Counted from the stretch's first letter, positions 34,747 to 44,216 are shown. The stretch is 64,000 bases of DNA from Acidimicrobiia bacterium (GCA_050741975.1 JBOGET010000065.1:3098-67097); one strand, 5' to 3'. The notes: generated by a model not told the origin, from the letters alone. Program-made: numbers and translations.

Positions 34747-35994
34747 TCAGCCCAGCACCCGCCGGCACGACCAGGGCGCCCAGTAGCCCTGGCCGAGCTC
34801 GTGATAGCGGTTGGCCAGCCATGCCGCCGTTCCCACGTTCGCTTCGGGCTCGAAGGGGCTGGCCCCGGAGAAGCCGGCCTTTGGAGAGGTCGAGGCCCAC
34901 GTGGAGGGGAGGAACTGATAGAGACCCGATGCACCGGAGTACGGGTTGTAGGCATCGGGGTCTCCCAGGCTCTCGCATTCGAGGATGGCGAGCGCCTCAT
35001 CGACCCGGTTGGAGGGGAAGTAGGCCTGGACCAGAGGCCTCCACTGCTCGATGACCGGGGAGAAGTCCCAATTCTCCCCACCACCTCCACCGCCGCCGTC
35101 GGTGGAGCTGGTGGTTTCGGGCGGGGCGGTCGTAGTCGGCGTGGGGTCTGCACCCAGGTTGGGCGGCGGGGTGCTGGTGGTCGGGGCTCGCTCCTGCTGT
35201 CGTTCTCGCTCCGCCTCTCGCGCCTGTGCCGCCTCCACCGCGCTCAACGCCTCGCGGTAGGCGGCGTCGGCTGCGTTTGCCTCCCTGATCGCCTGGCCCA
35301 CCGCCGTGTCCGCCTCGTCGTAGAGCGCAGCCAGATGTTCGACCTCGGCATCGACCTCGGCCTTGAGCGCGGCCACCTGCTCCTCCTGGACGCGGTAGTC
35401 GGCTTGGAGCTTCTCAAGGGCATCGCGCTTGGTGACCAGCTCGTTCACCCGGGCGGTGCCGGAATTGACCACATCGCCCACCACCTGGCCGGCCACCATC
35501 GCCTTCTCGACCGTCGAGGAGTTCACGAAGGTGACTCCGGGGCCGGCGAGGGCCGTCATGTAGGCATCGATGGCATGGGTCTCGATGTCGGTCCTGATCC
35601 CGGAGAGCTCGGTGTCGGCGAAGGCGATCTGGGTGCGCAGGGTGTCGAGGCTGGAGGAGACCAGTGAGAGCTCGGCGGCGAGGTCGCTGATACGAGCCAT
35701 GCTGACCGCAAGCTCGGCTTCGATCCCTGCACGATCCGCCACCGCGCTGTCGACCAGTCCTGCAGCGACCTCGGCTTGTCTTCCTTTCTTCTCGGCTTGC
35801 TCCTCGGTCTCGTCGATGCTTTGGGCGTGGGCCAGCGCGCCACCGGCGGTGAGGACCACCAGCGCGATGACCACGACGAGGACAACCAGGGGTAGGGGGC
35901 GCAGCGCACGCATCAGGGCCCGATGAGCGTACTGAACGGGAGGCAGGGACGAGAAGTGGGGATGGAGGTCGAAGCCGAGCCCATCAGGTGTCAT
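34747..35994 (-). CDS. secreted coiled-coil protein with C-terminal SLT-type lytic transglycosylase domain
   Basis: 415 aa. It has a TM/signal region (LPLVVLVVVIALVVL), about 220 aa rich in heptad-like A/E/L repeats, a P/T linker with a G6 run, then ILECESLGDPDAYNPYSGASGLYQF. The start is uncertain (M1 at 35994 or M28 at 35913). Confidence 0.8.
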   Translation of the reverse strand: MTPDGLGFDLHPHFSSLPPVQYAHRALMRALRPLPLVVLVVVIALVVLTAGGALAHAQSIDETEEQAEKKGRQAEVAAGLVDSAVADRAGIEAELAVSMARISDLAAELSLVSSSLDTLRTQIAFADTELSGIRTDIETHAIDAYMTALAGPGVTFVNSSTVEKAMVAGQVVGDVVNSGTARVNELVTKRDALEKLQADYRVQEEQVAALKAEVDAEVEHLAALYDEADTAVGQAIREANAADAAYREALSAVEAAQAREAERERQQERAPTTSTPPPNLGADPTPTTTAPPETTSSTDGGGGGGGENWDFSPVIEQWRPLVQAYFPSNRVDEALAILECESLGDPDAYNPYSGASGLYQFLPSTWASTSPKAGFSGASPFEPEANVGTAAWLANRYHELGQGYWAPWSCRRVLG

Positions 35995-36043
35995 CCTCCC
36001 CCGAAGTGATGTGACTCAAACCAAGAAGGAGAGGTAGCGTCTG

Positions 36044-36430
36044 ATGATGGACCGAGTGAACGTCTCATCCGGAAGCCCTTTCGAGACCACCATCGGGTTC
36101 AGTCGGGCGGTGCGTGCCGGCCACCGGGTGGTCGTCTCCGGAACCGCCCCGATCTGGACCGACGGCTCCGTCGACCCTGATCCCAAGACCCAGGCCCGGC
36201 GTTGCCTCGAGATCATGCTCGCCGCCCTGCACGAGGCGGGAGGTCGGGCCGAGGACGTGGTTCGGACCAGGATGTTCATCACCGACGCCGACGATTCCGG
36301 CGTGGTCGGTGAGGCCCATGGCGAGGTGTTCTCGGGAATCAGACCGGCCTCGACGATGGTTGTCGTGAGTGGCCTGCTCGACCCCCGTTGGAAGGTCGAG
36401 ATGGAGCTCGAAGCAGTCCTGCCTGAATGA
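36044..36430 (+). CDS. RidA/YjgF family protein
   Basis: 128 aa: GFSRAVRAGHRVVVSGT..RTRMFITD..EVFSGIRPASTMVVVSGL..VEMELEA. Confidence 0.85.
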   Translation: MMDRVNVSSGSPFETTIGFSRAVRAGHRVVVSGTAPIWTDGSVDPDPKTQARRCLEIMLAALHEAGGRAEDVVRTRMFITDADDSGVVGEAHGEVFSGIRPASTMVVVSGLLDPRWKVEMELEAVLPE

Positions 36431-36451
36431 ATGACCACCGAGGAGATTGGG

Positions 36452-37087
36452 ATGTTCGGACGCAATAAGACCGATATGCCGATGGCGGAGACCGCCCTTC
36501 CCGGCCGCACCGAGGCGGTGGAGGTCCCTCCGGCCCATTTCGTCAACGGCAACCCCCTGGTCGGGCCCTTCCCCGAGGAAACGGAGTCGGCCGTCTTCGG
36601 CATGGGTTGCTTCTGGGGCGCCGAGCGCAGGTTCTGGAAGATGGAAGGGGTCTACACCACCGCCGTGGGTTACGCCGGCGGGTACACCCCCAATCCGTCC
36701 TATGAAGAGGTCTGCACCGGGCGCACCGGGCACTCGGAGGTGGTCCTGGTCGTGTACCGGCCGGCAGAGGTCTCCTACGAGGAGTTGCTGAAGGTGTTCT
36801 GGGAGACCCACGACCCGACCCAGGGGATGCAACAGGGCAACGACATCGGATCCCAGTACCGATCTGCGATCTACACCACGACCGATGAGCAGCTCGAGAC
36901 CGCCAAGCGGTCCCTCGACAAGTATCAGGCGGCGCTCACGCCCCTGGGCTTCGACGACATCACCACCGAGGTCGCCCCGCTCGGGGAGTTCTACTACGCC
37001 GAGGACTACCATCAGCAGTACCTGGCGAAAAACCCGCACGGTTACGACTGTCACGCCAACACCGGGATCGCCTACCCGCTGGGCTGA
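36452..37087 (+). CDS. msrA: peptide-methionine (S)-S-oxide reductase
   Basis: Contains [37 protein letters not shown] and YHQQYL. ATG 36452 is preferred (GAGGAG upstream, 211 aa); ATG 36431 is an in-frame alternative. Confidence 0.9.
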   Translation: MFGRNKTDMPMAETALPGRTEAVEVPPAHFVNGNPLVGPFPEETESAVFGMGCFWGAERRFWKMEGVYTTAVGYAGGYTPNPSYEEVCTGRTGHSEVVLVVYRPAEVSYEELLKVFWETHDPTQGMQQGNDIGSQYRSAIYTTTDEQLETAKRSLDKYQAALTPLGFDDITTEVAPLGEFYYAEDYHQQYLAKNPHGYDCHANTGIAYPLG

Positions 37088-37105
37088 GAGCGGAGCGGGC
37101 GACGG

Positions 37106-38503
37106 CTAAGCGGCGACGGTGACCGAGGCTGCCAACGCCTCTCGGACCACGGCCTCCACCGAAAGCTCGGTCTCGATGTCCTTGCGCACATCCGGGGTCA
37201 CGCCCACCGAGCCGAAGTCGAGCCCGCCCGGAGTCAGCCAGCGGGCGATGGTGAGCTTCAGGGCGCCCCCGTTGGAGAGTGCGAACCGCTGTTGGACGGT
37301 GTTCTTGCCGAAGGTGTTCTCGCCGACCACGGTGACCCGGCCCCTCTCCTGAAGCACCGCGGACACGACCTCGGAAGCCGAGGCGCTGCCCTGGTTGACC
37401 ACGACCACCACCTTCATGTCCTGGGGCACGATCGGATCACCCGACACCGGGTAGGAGGTCGAGGAGTCGGGGCTCTCGGTCACCACCACCTCGCCGTCGG
37501 GGAGAAATGCGGAGGCGACCTCGATCGCCGTGTCGAGCAGGCCACCCGGGTTGTTTCTCAGGTCTACGACGAGTGCTTCCACGCCCTGGTCGAGGAGATC
37601 CTGCACCGCATCGGCGAACAACTCGTCGGCGTTGTCGGTGAACAGGTTGAGGGCGACATAGCCGGCATCGCCGACGACCTCGCTCGCCACGGCGGGAACA
37701 ACGAACGCGGCCCGGGTGATGGTGACGTCGAACACCTCGTCGTCACGATCGATGGTCAGCACCACGTCGGTGCCTGCAGGTCCTCTGACCGTGGCCGTGA
37801 CCTCGTCGATGGTCCAACCAAGGATGCTGTCCCCATCGACCGCAATCACGACATCATCGGGCTGCAGACCGGCCGTGTCGGCTGGTGTGCCGTCGATGGT
37901 CGAGATGATGTACATCGTGCAGGTCTCGGAGATGACCGGGCACAGCTCGCCCGAAGACGAGTCTTCTGCCGTCACCAAGGCCCCGATGCCCTGGATCTCC
38001 CCGGTCTGCTCCTCCTCGATCAGCTCCAGGGCCTCCGGGTCGAAGTAGACCGAGTTGGGATCGAGACCGTAGGTGGTTAGACCGTAGACCATCGCCTCCG
38101 CCGCCTCGACACCGGTGTCTGCTTCACCGAGGGCCAGCTCGCAGCTCTCCTGGAAGGCCACTGCCGGTGCGGCGCAGACGAGTTCGGAGTCGGTCTCCGC
38201 CCCATCGAGGTCGCGGAGACCCTGGTTGGCGGCTCGGGCCAGCTGGGCATCTGAGATCTGGTCGACGTAGTGACGGCGAATCAGGTCGTAGGCCTCGCAC
38301 ACGATCTCGACCTCGGGATCAGACGGGTCGCACCCGACCAGACGCAGCGGCCGGTCGCCTGCGATGGTGCCCATCGAGCCGGTTGCGCTCTGGGACGTGG
38401 CGGTGGCGGCAGTTGCGTCCGGCTCGGCTTCCCCGCCGCCGTTGCACGACGCAAGGAGCACGAATAGGGCGGCCACCGCCGTGAATCGACGCAATTGACT
38501 CAT
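37106..38503 (-). CDS. S41 family peptidase (C-terminal processing protease-like) lipoprotein, paralog 1
   Basis: 465 aa. Lipobox is LLASC, the PDZ region is GDVVIAVDG, the catalytic Ser is GSASASE and the catalytic Lys is TFGKNTVQ. Confidence 0.9.
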   Translation of the reverse strand: MSQLRRFTAVAALFVLLASCNGGGEAEPDATAATATSQSATGSMGTIAGDRPLRLVGCDPSDPEVEIVCEAYDLIRRHYVDQISDAQLARAANQGLRDLDGAETDSELVCAAPAVAFQESCELALGEADTGVEAAEAMVYGLTTYGLDPNSVYFDPEALELIEEEQTGEIQGIGALVTAEDSSSGELCPVISETCTMYIISTIDGTPADTAGLQPDDVVIAVDGDSILGWTIDEVTATVRGPAGTDVVLTIDRDDEVFDVTITRAAFVVPAVASEVVGDAGYVALNLFTDNADELFADAVQDLLDQGVEALVVDLRNNPGGLLDTAIEVASAFLPDGEVVVTESPDSSTSYPVSGDPIVPQDMKVVVVVNQGSASASEVVSAVLQERGRVTVVGENTFGKNTVQQRFALSNGGALKLTIARWLTPGGLDFGSVGVTPDVRKDIETELSVEAVVREALAASVTVAA

Positions 38504-39900
38504 CGTGCCTCGAATGCGAGATCGGCGAGCTCGGTTGTGGCCATCGACTGTGGCAACTCGACGATGCGGTCGGGAAGGACACCGGTGCCCGCAACGGTTG
38601 TCCCATTCGGGCTGAACCAGCGTGCCACCGCCACGTTGAACTCTCCGCCGTTGTTCATCTCGAAGGCTATCTGCACTGCATCCTTACCGAAGGTGGGCTC
38701 ACCGAGGATCATCGCCCCCCGCCTGTCTCGGAGTGCGGTGGCGAGGATCTCGGCCGCTGAGGCGGTGCCTTCGTTGACCAGTACGGTGATATCGGGCTCG
38801 GTGGCAACCCCATCCGCGCCCGCCTCGTAGTCGAACTCCTCACCGGGGCCGACGGTCTGGACCACCACGCCGCCGGTCATGAACTCGGTAGCGACGTCGA
38901 TCGCCGCATCGAGGTATCCGCCCGGGTTGTCCCGGAGATCGACGACGAGACGGTCGATCGGCTCGTCGATGAGATCGGCCAGGCCCTCGTGCACCAAGGA
39001 GGGGATGTCATATTCGAAGTCGGGTATCGAGATGTAACCGATGCCGGTGCGGGGGACGTCGATCTCGACGGTGGGCACCACCAGCGGCTCTCTCTCGATG
39101 GTGAACGTGAGGCTCTCGTCGCCTCTTTCCACCGAGATCTCGATCACACCGGTCTCGTCCCCGGCGATCCGGGTGGCGGTGTCGACGAACCCGAGCCCGG
39201 TCACCGGCTCTCCGTCGATCGCGACGATCTCGTCGCCTGACTCGAGCCCTGCCTCGGCCCCCGGGTTGTCTTCGAGGACGAACACGATCTCGAGAGGGCA
39301 GGACTCGGCGATTCGCACGCATTTGGAGCCGGCGGCATCCGTGGCGTCGAGGAGGACACCGACGCCCCCGACCACCCCGTTGGAGCGGTAGCCACCCACC
39401 AGCTCGGGCGGGACGTAGTAGGAGAATTGCTCCAGACCGGTGTTGGCCATGGCCGTCACCGCCGCCTCGAGAGCCTCCCCCACCGGGATCGAGGAGAGGG
39501 ACACCCGTTCGGCGAGCTCCTCGCAGAGAAGGGTGAAGGCGGGGTCGGGAATGGCGCAGAACAGGGTTCTCGGGGGTGGCTCCATGACGTCGGTACTGAA
39601 GTCCCGCAGCCCGTCCAGGGCTGCCGCCGCCAACACGCCCGGGTCGATGGGGCGATCCATGTGCCACTCCTGTGCCAGGTCATAGGCCTGGCACAGCGGG
39701 GAGAACCCGACTTGGGGCGCGGTGCAGTCCTGGATCTCGAGGGGTACCGGCCCGGGAAGACTGGTGGCTGGGTACGGGATCGTGGTGACCGGGTCGGCGG
39801 TGGTGGCGACGGCGTCGGTGGGTGGCGCGACCACGTCATCCTCGGTGTTGGCGCCACAGGCAGCCATGAGCAGGAGCAGGGCCCGGAGGAGAATGCGCAT
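38500..39900 (-). CDS. S41 family peptidase lipoprotein, paralog 2
   Basis: 466 aa. Lipobox is LMAAC, with GDEIVAIDG, GTASAAE and TFGKDAVQ. It has a 4-nt overlap with paralog 1. Confidence 0.9.
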   Translation of the reverse strand: MRILLRALLLLMAACGANTEDDVVAPPTDAVATTADPVTTIPYPATSLPGPVPLEIQDCTAPQVGFSPLCQAYDLAQEWHMDRPIDPGVLAAAALDGLRDFSTDVMEPPPRTLFCAIPDPAFTLLCEELAERVSLSSIPVGEALEAAVTAMANTGLEQFSYYVPPELVGGYRSNGVVGGVGVLLDATDAAGSKCVRIAESCPLEIVFVLEDNPGAEAGLESGDEIVAIDGEPVTGLGFVDTATRIAGDETGVIEISVERGDESLTFTIEREPLVVPTVEIDVPRTGIGYISIPDFEYDIPSLVHEGLADLIDEPIDRLVVDLRDNPGGYLDAAIDVATEFMTGGVVVQTVGPGEEFDYEAGADGVATEPDITVLVNEGTASAAEILATALRDRRGAMILGEPTFGKDAVQIAFEMNNGGEFNVAVARWFSPNGTTVAGTGVLPDRIVELPQSMATTELADLAFEAR

Positions 39901-39942
39901 CCCGACATTATCGGCAACGCCGGGCCATTACCGTCGGGTTTG

Positions 39943-41010
39943 ATGCATCTTCGAGTCGTGCTGCGAACCCCGGGAGGGGACTCCGTGACTCGTGACACCC
40001 GCGACGGTACATGGGACGTTCCGTGGGGCACTCCTGAGGAGGTGATCGGCGCCGATCTGTGGGCTCTGCCCGGTCTCATCGATGCCCACGCCCATCTCGC
40101 CCGGGAGACCATGGACCTCGGTCTAGGAGACCTCGACGGCGCCGTGCACCGGGTGACGATGGCACTCGAGGCCGGCGTGGGCCTCATCCTCGACAAGGGA
40201 TGGAGGGATTTGACCATCATCGACCTCATCGACAAGGTCCCGGCGACGCAGCGTCCCGAGATCGAGGCGGCCGGAGTGGTCTGCGCCGTCGGGGGCGGCT
40301 TCTGGGAGGGTTTCGCCCGCAACGTCCCGCCCGGTGGCATCGGCCCCATCGTCGCCCGGGCCGCCGACGAGGGACGAGGCTGGGTCAAGTTGATCGGGGA
40401 CTGGCCGAGGAAGGGCATCGGCCCGATGCCCAACTTCAGCGAAGAGGAGTTGGCCGAGGCGGTGGAGGTGGCCGTAGCCCACGACGCCAGGGTCGCCGTC
40501 CACACCATGGCCCGCGACGTCCCATCCATGGCGGTGCGGGCAGGGGTCCACTCGATAGAGCACGGGCTCTTCCTCTCCCCGGACGATCTCGTCGCCCTCG
40601 GGGCGCGGGGTGGAAGCTGGGTGCCCACCGTGCTCCAGGTGGAGGCAGTGATCCGCCAGCTGGGTGGGGAGTCGTCCGGTGGCCGGCTGCTGATCGAGGG
40701 TCTGGAGAACATCACGTCCAACCTGGCCACGGCGGTGGAGGCCGGTGTGCATGTCCTGACCGGCACCGATCTAGTGATCGGGACCCATCAGGTGGCGCTC
40801 GAGGCGATCCGACTCTGGGAGATGGGGATGGCGCCGGCGTCGGTGGTGGACGCAGTCTCCTCGGGCGGGTTCCTGGCGTCCGGTCGCCGCCCCGGCTTCG
40901 AGGTGGGTGACCCGGCGAATGCGGTGCTGTTCGTCGAGGACCCGAGTCTCGAGCCCCGGGTGCTGGCCCATCCGAGCCGGGTCATCCGTCTGGGTCGGAT
41001 CGTCGGATGA
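39943..41010 (+). CDS. amidohydrolase family (metal-dependent hydrolase) protein
   Basis: ORF 39427..41010 trimmed to ATG 39943 (MHLRVVL). Contains GLIDAHAHL, VAVHTM, SIEHG and HVLTGTD. Confidence 0.8.
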   Translation: MHLRVVLRTPGGDSVTRDTRDGTWDVPWGTPEEVIGADLWALPGLIDAHAHLARETMDLGLGDLDGAVHRVTMALEAGVGLILDKGWRDLTIIDLIDKVPATQRPEIEAAGVVCAVGGGFWEGFARNVPPGGIGPIVARAADEGRGWVKLIGDWPRKGIGPMPNFSEEELAEAVEVAVAHDARVAVHTMARDVPSMAVRAGVHSIEHGLFLSPDDLVALGARGGSWVPTVLQVEAVIRQLGGESSGGRLLIEGLENITSNLATAVEAGVHVLTGTDLVIGTHQVALEAIRLWEMGMAPASVVDAVSSGGFLASGRRPGFEVGDPANAVLFVEDPSLEPRVLAHPSRVIRLGRIVG

Positions 41011-41600
41011 GACTGGTCCTGGCCTCCGGGTCGCCCCGACGCAGTGAGTTGCTGCAACGGCTCCGGCTGCAGTTCGAGGTGCGCCCTGCCGACGTCGACG
41101 AGACGAGGCTCCCCGAGGAGGCGCCCACAGCCTACGTGGAGAGAGTGGCCCGGGCCAAGGCGGAGGCGGTGGCCGGGGAAGGGCTGATCGTCGTGGCGGC
41201 GGACACCACTGTGGTCCATGAAGGGAAGATCATGGGCAAGCCGGGTCATCCCGAGGAGGCGCGATCGATGCTGCGCAGACTTCAGGGCGACGTCCACGAG
41301 GTGTTCACCGGGCTCGCCGTCGGCTCCTGGGACGGCGGGGTCGAGGTCAGGTCGATGGTCGACGTTGCCGAGGTCGAGCTGCTCCCGATGACAGAAGAGG
41401 AGATCGCCTGGTACGTGGACAGTGGGGAGCCTCTCGACAAGGCCGGGAGCTACGCCCTTCAAGGCCTTGGTGGGATGTTCGTCGACAAGATCAACGGGAG
41501 CCCTTTTACCGTGGTCGGGCTGCCGATTCACCTTCTGGCCCGCTTGGTGACCGCCTCCGGTGGGGACATAACCGCATTCCGAGCCGGAGCGGCCGGGTAA
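41007..41600 (+). CDS. maf: Maf family nucleoside-triphosphate pyrophosphatase
   Basis: 197 aa: LVLASGSPRRSELL, ADTTVV, DKAGSYALQG. It has a 4-nt overlap with the upstream gene. Confidence 0.9.
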   Translation: MRLVLASGSPRRSELLQRLRLQFEVRPADVDETRLPEEAPTAYVERVARAKAEAVAGEGLIVVAADTTVVHEGKIMGKPGHPEEARSMLRRLQGDVHEVFTGLAVGSWDGGVEVRSMVDVAEVELLPMTEEEIAWYVDSGEPLDKAGSYALQGLGGMFVDKINGSPFTVVGLPIHLLARLVTASGGDITAFRAGAAG

Positions 41601-41609
41601 CTTGCCACC

Positions 41610-42602
41610 ATGAACCGAACCGCCTGGGTATTGGCCGGTCTGTTCGTCGTGATGGTCGTCGTCATCATCTTCATGCTCGGCGACGAAGAGGACGGGGGGG
41701 TCACGACCACGACGTCCCTGGCTTCGGCCACGACATCGGCGGGGACCACGACACCCGAAGCGGGGCCCACCACCAGTCTGGGGGCGGCGACCACCACGAC
41801 CGTGGCGGAGACCACGACCACCACGGTGCCCACCACAACGACGACGTCGGCTGCGGTCGAGGGGAACTGGAGCGACACCCCGATCGTGGCAGCGGGGTTT
41901 GGCGCCTTGGGATGGTGGGACGGTGAGGGCTGGGTGCAGGTCGAGGCGGGCACGGCGCTGCCGGTCGTGGGTGGCGAGGACTATCAGGTGGCCCTCCTCG
42001 GGTTGGAGGCGATCATCGGCGGCGGGGCCCCGACGACCTCGTGCGACCCTCTCGACAACCCGGGGGTGGTGTTCGAGAACGAGCAGGTTCTGGGGGATTG
42101 GCCCGGGCCGGTCGGCGTGGCCATATCTGCGCCCTGGATCCTGGTCCCACATCTGGTCGAGGAGATAGAGGACGACGGCACCTATGCCGCCTTCGCCGGG
42201 GAGTTGCTGGCCGAACGCGGCCTCAACGTCCCCGATCCGGTGATCAAGCAGCTCCTCCAGATCGATCTCGAGGGTGACGGTGTCAATGAGGTGCTGGTCG
42301 TCGCCGAGGACGTGACCAACGGGCTCTTCGCCGAGGACGGCGACTATTCGATCGCTTTCCTGCGACGAACCGTGCAGGGGGCGGTGAACACCGCGATCCT
42401 CGGTGAGTCGGTGATCGTCACCGCGGACGACCCGTACGTCAGCTCCTTCTCGGTTGGCGCCGTCGCCGATTTGAACGGCGACGGGAAGATGGAGATCGTG
42501 CTGACCAGCGCCTATTACGAAGGCATCGGAGTCGAGGTCTGGGAGTACGTCGACGACGACCTCGGACCGATCCCGCAGATCGCGGCGGGTTGCGGGGCTT
42601 GA
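41610..42602 (+). CDS. membrane-anchored extracytoplasmic protein with Thr-rich linker and DxDGDG (FG-GAP/VCBS-like) motifs
   Basis: 330 aa. It has an N-terminal TM (VLAGLFVVMVVVIIFML), a T/A/S-rich linker of about 60 aa, and the motifs DLEGDGVNEVLVV and DLNGDGKMEIVL. Confidence 0.7.
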   Translation: MNRTAWVLAGLFVVMVVVIIFMLGDEEDGGVTTTTSLASATTSAGTTTPEAGPTTSLGAATTTTVAETTTTTVPTTTTTSAAVEGNWSDTPIVAAGFGALGWWDGEGWVQVEAGTALPVVGGEDYQVALLGLEAIIGGGAPTTSCDPLDNPGVVFENEQVLGDWPGPVGVAISAPWILVPHLVEEIEDDGTYAAFAGELLAERGLNVPDPVIKQLLQIDLEGDGVNEVLVVAEDVTNGLFAEDGDYSIAFLRRTVQGAVNTAILGESVIVTADDPYVSSFSVGAVADLNGDGKMEIVLTSAYYEGIGVEVWEYVDDDLGPIPQIAAGCGA

Positions 42603-43009
42603 TGGACAATCCGTTCCTGGCGCGTCCCACCTTCGTGGGCCACACCGGCATCGAGTTGACCGAGGCATCCGCCGACTCCTGCCAGGGGAAGGTCGTGATC
42701 AACGAGAACCACCATCAGCCCTACGGAGTGGTCCACGGTGGCGTCTATTGCACCCTCATCGAGACCGTGGCATCCACCGGCGCCGCCCTCTGGGCGATGG
42801 AGAGCGGAATGGCTGGGTGCGTCGGCGTCTCCAACCAGACCGACTTCATCAGGCCGACCACAGACGGCGTGCTCATCGGGTCGGCAACCCCGATCCACCG
42901 CGGTCGCAGCCAACAGCTTTGGCAAGTGAGTGTGGTCCGGGAGGAGGACGGCAAACTCGTCGCACGGGGCCAGGTCCGTCTCCAGAACGTGGCGTCGACG
43001 GAGTTCTAG
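42602..43009 (+). CDS. PaaI-family hotdog-fold thioesterase
   Basis: ORF 42590..43009 trimmed to ATG 42602 (TGATG overlap with the upstream stop). Contains NHHQPYGVVHGGVYCTLIETV. Confidence 0.8.
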   Translation: MDNPFLARPTFVGHTGIELTEASADSCQGKVVINENHHQPYGVVHGGVYCTLIETVASTGAALWAMESGMAGCVGVSNQTDFIRPTTDGVLIGSATPIHRGRSQQLWQVSVVREEDGKLVARGQVRLQNVASTEF

Positions 43010-43045
43010 GGGGTACGCCCGGTCACGGTCCTAGCCTTACCGTGG

Positions 43046-44158
43046 ATGCTTCTTATCGGTCCCCTCTCCGTCGATCCGCCCGTCGTGCTCGCCCCGATGG
43101 CCGGGATCACCAATGCCCCGTTCCGGCGTCTCTGCCGGGAGTACGGGGCCGGTCTCTATGTCTCGGAGATGATCGGCGCCCGTGGGCTGGTCGAGGGTGA
43201 CGAAAAGACCCGTGAGCTGGCTCGTTTCGCCCCCGACGAGACACCTCGCTCCATCCAGCTCTATGGCACCGACCCCGGCTCTTTGGGCGATGCCGTTTCC
43301 TACCTGGTCGAGGTGGAGCGGGTCGATCACATCGACATGAACTTCGGATGCCCGATGGGCAAGGTCACCCGTCACGGTGGCGGCGCCGCCCTCCCCTGGA
43401 AGCGCGACCTCTTTCGCTCGATCGTCCGTGCCGCGGTGTCCAACGCAGGCAAGGTCCCGGTGACGGTCAAGTTCCGCAAGGGGATCGACGAGGACCATCT
43501 CACCTATCTGGAGACGGGCTTGACCGCCGAGGAGGAGGGGGCAGCAGGCATCGCCCTGCACGCCCGCACCGCCCGTCAACTCTATTCGGGTGAGTCCGAA
43601 TGGGATGCCATCGCCCGGCTCAAGGAGACGGTCACCTCGGTCCCGGTACTGGGCAACGGTGACGTCTGGACCGCCGAGGACGCGGTGGAGATGATGTCCC
43701 GTACCGGTTGTGACGGCGTAGTCGTCGGCCGGGGCTGTCTGGGCCGTCCTTGGTTGTTCCGTGATCTGGCCGATCTGCTCGCCGGACGCCCTCTGCAGTC
43801 TGCGCCGAATTCGGGTGAGGTAGCCGCCATCATGATCCGACACGCCGGGCTCCTGGTCGACCACTTCGGGGAACGGGTCGGGATCGGTCTCTTTCGTAAG
43901 CACCCCTCCTGGTATCTCAAGGGGTTCGCGGCCGGCCCTCGTATGCGTGACGCGCTGGCCCGGGTGGAGTCGGTGGAAAGCCTCGAGGAGATTCTCCATG
44001 ACTGGGACCCCGACCTTCCCTTCCCCGAGGAGGCCAACCAGATGGTCCGCGGCCATTCCCATGGCCCCCGCCCCGTCCGCCTCCCCCATGGCTTCCTCGA
44101 CCACCGGGAGGGCGACCGTCTCGGCCGAGAAGCCGATCAGGTGGTCAGCGGGGGGTAA
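43046..44158 (+). CDS. dus: tRNA-dihydrouridine synthase
   Basis: 370 aa: LAPMAGITNAPFRRLC, IDMNFGCP, VTVKFRKG, GNGDV, VVVGRGCLGRPW. Confidence 0.9.
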   Translation: MLLIGPLSVDPPVVLAPMAGITNAPFRRLCREYGAGLYVSEMIGARGLVEGDEKTRELARFAPDETPRSIQLYGTDPGSLGDAVSYLVEVERVDHIDMNFGCPMGKVTRHGGGAALPWKRDLFRSIVRAAVSNAGKVPVTVKFRKGIDEDHLTYLETGLTAEEEGAAGIALHARTARQLYSGESEWDAIARLKETVTSVPVLGNGDVWTAEDAVEMMSRTGCDGVVVGRGCLGRPWLFRDLADLLAGRPLQSAPNSGEVAAIMIRHAGLLVDHFGERVGIGLFRKHPSWYLKGFAAGPRMRDALARVESVESLEEILHDWDPDLPFPEEANQMVRGHSHGPRPVRLPHGFLDHREGDRLGREADQVVSGG

Positions 44159-44177
44159 ACCGTCTTCCTAATGCTTG

Positions 44178-44197
44178 GCGTCACGTATTCGTGACGC
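44178..44197. terminator. hairpin GCGTCACG-tatt-CGTGACGC between convergent dus and the arginase-family gene
   Basis: Perfect 8-bp stem in a locally AT-rich 58-bp gap. Confidence 0.55.
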
Positions 44198-44216
44198 GGT
44201 GCATAAAGAAGGCTGT

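Noticed and set aside
39943-41010. Calling the amidohydrolase hutI (imidazolonepropionase)
   Set aside because: It lies 5 kb from hutU in an unrelated operon with maf. At 355 aa it is shorter than typical HutI and I saw no specific HutI motifs.
41690-41860. Apparent nucleotide tandem repeat (ACC/ACG-rich)
   Set aside because: It is in-frame low-complexity coding for a Thr-rich linker, not a non-coding satellite.
40788-42668. 626-aa minus-strand ORF spanning the amidohydrolase, maf and the Thr-rich protein
   Set aside because: It crosses three well-supported plus-strand genes and is rich in Arg, Gly, Pro and Asp with no recognisable domain.
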